DNA of 60,931 nucleotides, taken from Bacteroidales bacterium (lineage in GTDB: Bacteria > Bacteroidota > Bacteroidia > Bacteroidales > PUMT01). Shown in pieces: positions 58,782 through 60,931 of the stretch; the stretch's first letter is position 1; every line of letters begins with the position of its first letter. The notes beneath the pieces are model-generated. The model did no database searches. It saw only the letters and a list, made by a program, of their open reading frames with translations, and was not told the origin of the DNA. The position numbers and the translations under genes were made by a program. The stretch covers positions 1 to 60,931 of the forward strand of contig SLKJ01000001.1 of the NCBI GenBank assembly GCA_007134675.1. Reading direction: 5' to 3'.

Positions 58782-58851
58782 TAACCTGAAAGTTCCTGCC
58801 TTACCATGCCTGTTTGTTAAGTCAGGTATTTACGCCAGTAAGCTGTGAGTG

Positions 58852-59736
58852 TCAGAAAAACAAAAGGTGCAGTCTGAAACCGTCTACCCTGTTATATTCA
58901 AGCGCGGGCGAAGGTATTTTGAGAAAGTTTAGTGTCTGTAGCACCCCATTAAAGAATCCGGACCCTGTATCTATCGCTGAGAGGTCTATATCAGGGGCAA
59001 TGAATACCTGTCTGTATTCTTCTGTTATTCCAAATATGCTGTGGCCAAATGCAATATTAAGCCACCCGGGGAATATCTCCATTCTGCCCCCCAGGGAGTT
59101 TATGTTCAGCGACAGCCAGTGAGTTTGCCCTTTGTAATTGAAAATCATTCTTCCTGCAACGGTTTTTTCCAGGTTGCCGGAACGATATTCTTCCGGTCCG
59201 CTCTCATTATAGGAGTATTTAATCCTTACAACCTGTTTTTGCAGTAAAAGGTCCTGTGATACAGCAAGGGCCGATCCGGCAATGTTGCCTGCCATATCGG
59301 GCAGGGAGAATCCCCAACCTTCCCTGAAACCATCAAGTATCTCCTTGGTTGTCAGGACTGCCAAACCATATGAGCCTCCTATCCAGGCTGCACGCTGTCT
59401 ATCCATTCCTGTCTGTTTCATAAGATGAATTCCTGCCATACTGAGAGTGTAGGATGAGAACAGATGGCCCGATTTGTCCATATCTCTGTTTTCACCCAGG
59501 TCGTTTGTGAATCTGAACGATGAGTGCAGATTATTCCTGTACAGTGTTTCGTAAAAATATGCAGTCATGCCTGCCCAGCCGGCTACTGAACCTGCTATGG
59601 TATAACCCAGCCTGCTTTGGTCTATTCCGGTATAGGTTGCAGAATCTGATGCATTTAGGGTTTTCAGTGAAAAGGCTGCAATCAGAACAAGTGTAAAAAT
59701 AAATCTCTTCCCTCCCGGGGCTGATATGAAATTCAT
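58852..59736 (-). CDS. DUF2279 (YfiM-like) protein, paralog 1
   Basis: Signal peptide; MDKSGH, EILDGF...WGFS..DM.GN..G, GQTHWLS, PGWLNIAFG, IAPDIDL. Confidence 0.78.
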   Translation of the reverse strand: MNFISAPGGKRFIFTLVLIAAFSLKTLNASDSATYTGIDQSRLGYTIAGSVAGWAGMTAYFYETLYRNNLHSSFRFTNDLGENRDMDKSGHLFSSYTLSMAGIHLMKQTGMDRQRAAWIGGSYGLAVLTTKEILDGFREGWGFSLPDMAGNIAGSALAVSQDLLLQKQVVRIKYSYNESGPEEYRSGNLEKTVAGRMIFNYKGQTHWLSLNINSLGGRMEIFPGWLNIAFGHSIFGITEEYRQVFIAPDIDLSAIDTGSGFFNGVLQTLNFLKIPSPALEYNRVDGFRLHLLFF

Positions 59737-59810
59737 TTATTGGAGCAATTACTATTCAACTTGTTATTAAGTGAGTTAAATATACGAAAATAATTTCAAT
59801 TTCAGTTTTC

Positions 59811-60812
59811 TCAGAAGTACAACAGATGCAGCCTGAAACCATCCACTCTGTTATATTCAAGTGCCGGGGAGGGTATTTTGATAAAATTAAGCCGGCGGAA
59901 CAGAGCATTAATTATATCTGACCCTGTTTCCAGAGCCGACAGATCAATGTCCGGCGCCAGGAAGAACTGCCTGTACCTGTCAAAATGGGGCAGTTTTGTT
60001 CCGTTTGAAAATGAAGGGTTGGAGTAACCGCCCAGCATTCCGTATGCACTGTACCCGAATGCAATGTTTAACCAGGGGGGGAGTATCTCCATTCTGCCGC
60101 CCAGTTTGCAGAGATTAACAGAAAGCCAGTGAGTTTGACCGTTATAGTCCTTGAGCATTTTCTCAGGCAGGTTGCTGCCCAGGGCATCAGGCCTGAATCC
60201 TGCCAGTCCGCTCTCATGATATGAGTATTTAACCCTTGCAACCTGCTGTCCCAGTATAAGCTCCTGCGATACTGCAATAGCTGAGCCTGCTATGTTTGAT
60301 GCCATATCAGGAAGGGAGAATCCCCATTCCTCTGAAAACCCGTCAAGTATCTCTATAGTTGATAAAAATACCGGGCCGTATAATCCTCCTGTCCACACTG
60401 CTTTATTCCTCTCCATTCCTGTGCGTCTCATAAGGTGGATTCCTGCCAGGCTCAGTGCATAGGATGAGAAGATATGGCCGGTTTTATCCATGTTAAACCA
60501 TTCTCCCCAGTCATTGTAGAGATGGAATGATGAGCGCGGATAGTTCCTGTACCATGCCTCATTAAGTAAAATGAGGATGCCTGCCCAACTGACGGCTGAT
60601 GCTGCAAGGGTTACGCGCAACCTGCATTTGTCTGTTCTGCTTGCCGGTATGGTATCAAAGAGGGTGGTTTTGCCCTGCATTGTGTAAACAGGAGAGTTCA
60701 CACGTACTTTGTCGAAATGGGTATTTTCCCATTTTTCGTCAATGGTTATATCTGATGGTGTGAAGTAAGCACCGGCATTTGAAGGAATAAAAAAAAAACT
60801 GCCAGTACGCAT
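59811..60812 (-). CDS. DUF2279 (YfiM-like) protein, paralog 2; true start probably 60859 across a poly-T frameshift
   Basis: NDWGEWFNMDKTGH, EILDGFSEEWGFS, KDYNGQTHWLS, RYRQFFLAPDIDL. Confidence 0.8.
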   Translation of the reverse strand: MRTGSFFFIPSNAGAYFTPSDITIDEKWENTHFDKVRVNSPVYTMQGKTTLFDTIPASRTDKCRLRVTLAASAVSWAGILILLNEAWYRNYPRSSFHLYNDWGEWFNMDKTGHIFSSYALSLAGIHLMRRTGMERNKAVWTGGLYGPVFLSTIEILDGFSEEWGFSLPDMASNIAGSAIAVSQELILGQQVARVKYSYHESGLAGFRPDALGSNLPEKMLKDYNGQTHWLSVNLCKLGGRMEILPPWLNIAFGYSAYGMLGGYSNPSFSNGTKLPHFDRYRQFFLAPDIDLSALETGSDIINALFRRLNFIKIPSPALEYNRVDGFRLHLLYF

Positions 60813-60931
60813 AACAGAAAATAAATATTTTTTCCTTTCGTGAATAATAAAGAATGCATTTATGATGAGATTTTTTTCCTGTTTTACGATAACTGATGAG
60901 ACCTCGTAAAATCTAAATTCTGTAAGAAAGA

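Noticed and set aside
2417-60277. Numerous 60-230 aa ORFs antisense to or overlapping the main genes (e.g. 7860-8489, 17724-18422, 21443-22069, 27887-28423, 7319-7510, 35869-36129)
   Set aside because: Shadow frames of well-supported genes or alternate readings of tandem repeats, with no recognisable motifs.
1-60931. Mobile elements, prophage, defence systems, tRNA/rRNA
   Set aside because: No transposase, integrase, phage or nuclease motifs and no tRNA/rRNA-like sequence recognised by eye.

Overview
Gene-dense chromosomal window from an anaerobic Bacteroidota (Bacteroidales/Marinilabiliales-like) organism. The assignment rests on TAnnTTTG promoter boxes, a T9SS C-terminal sorting domain, and the nadK-DUF6089-uppS-bamA-skp-skp-murI block. 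The right half (26.6-60.9 kb) is mostly housekeeping: hutH, K+ channel, ECF sigma trio, tkt, ychF, korAB, the bamA cluster, pdxJ, manA, engB, prs, rplY, pth, hslR. The main candidate for an undescribed system is a 12-gene minus-strand cluster (10446-26223). It encodes five exported PQQ-like beta-propellers, an NHL propeller with a vicinal Cys-Cys, a 74-aa Tat/Cys peptide, a Tat polyferredoxin, a NapH/MauN-like membrane Fe-S protein, a fused HydC-HydB (BfuCB) flavin module with electron-bifurcation signatures, a BfuA/GltD-like subunit, and a CxxC-bearing GT4 glycosyltransferase. The BfuA-like subunit has no H-cluster or Mo domain and has lost its NADP(H) domain and one [4Fe-4S] site. A giant MacB/LolCDE-type ABC exporter (2465-6759) may belong to the same system. 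Other signals: a 5S rRNA loop E-mimicking hairpin upstream of rplY (candidate bL25 leader), a catalytically degenerate PafA with an ATG-containing 12-bp tandem repeat, a divergent YchF, and a poly-T frameshift that separates a signal peptide from a DUF2279 gene. No rRNA, tRNA, CRISPR or IS element was seen. All family calls come from reading motifs by eye, not from database searches.
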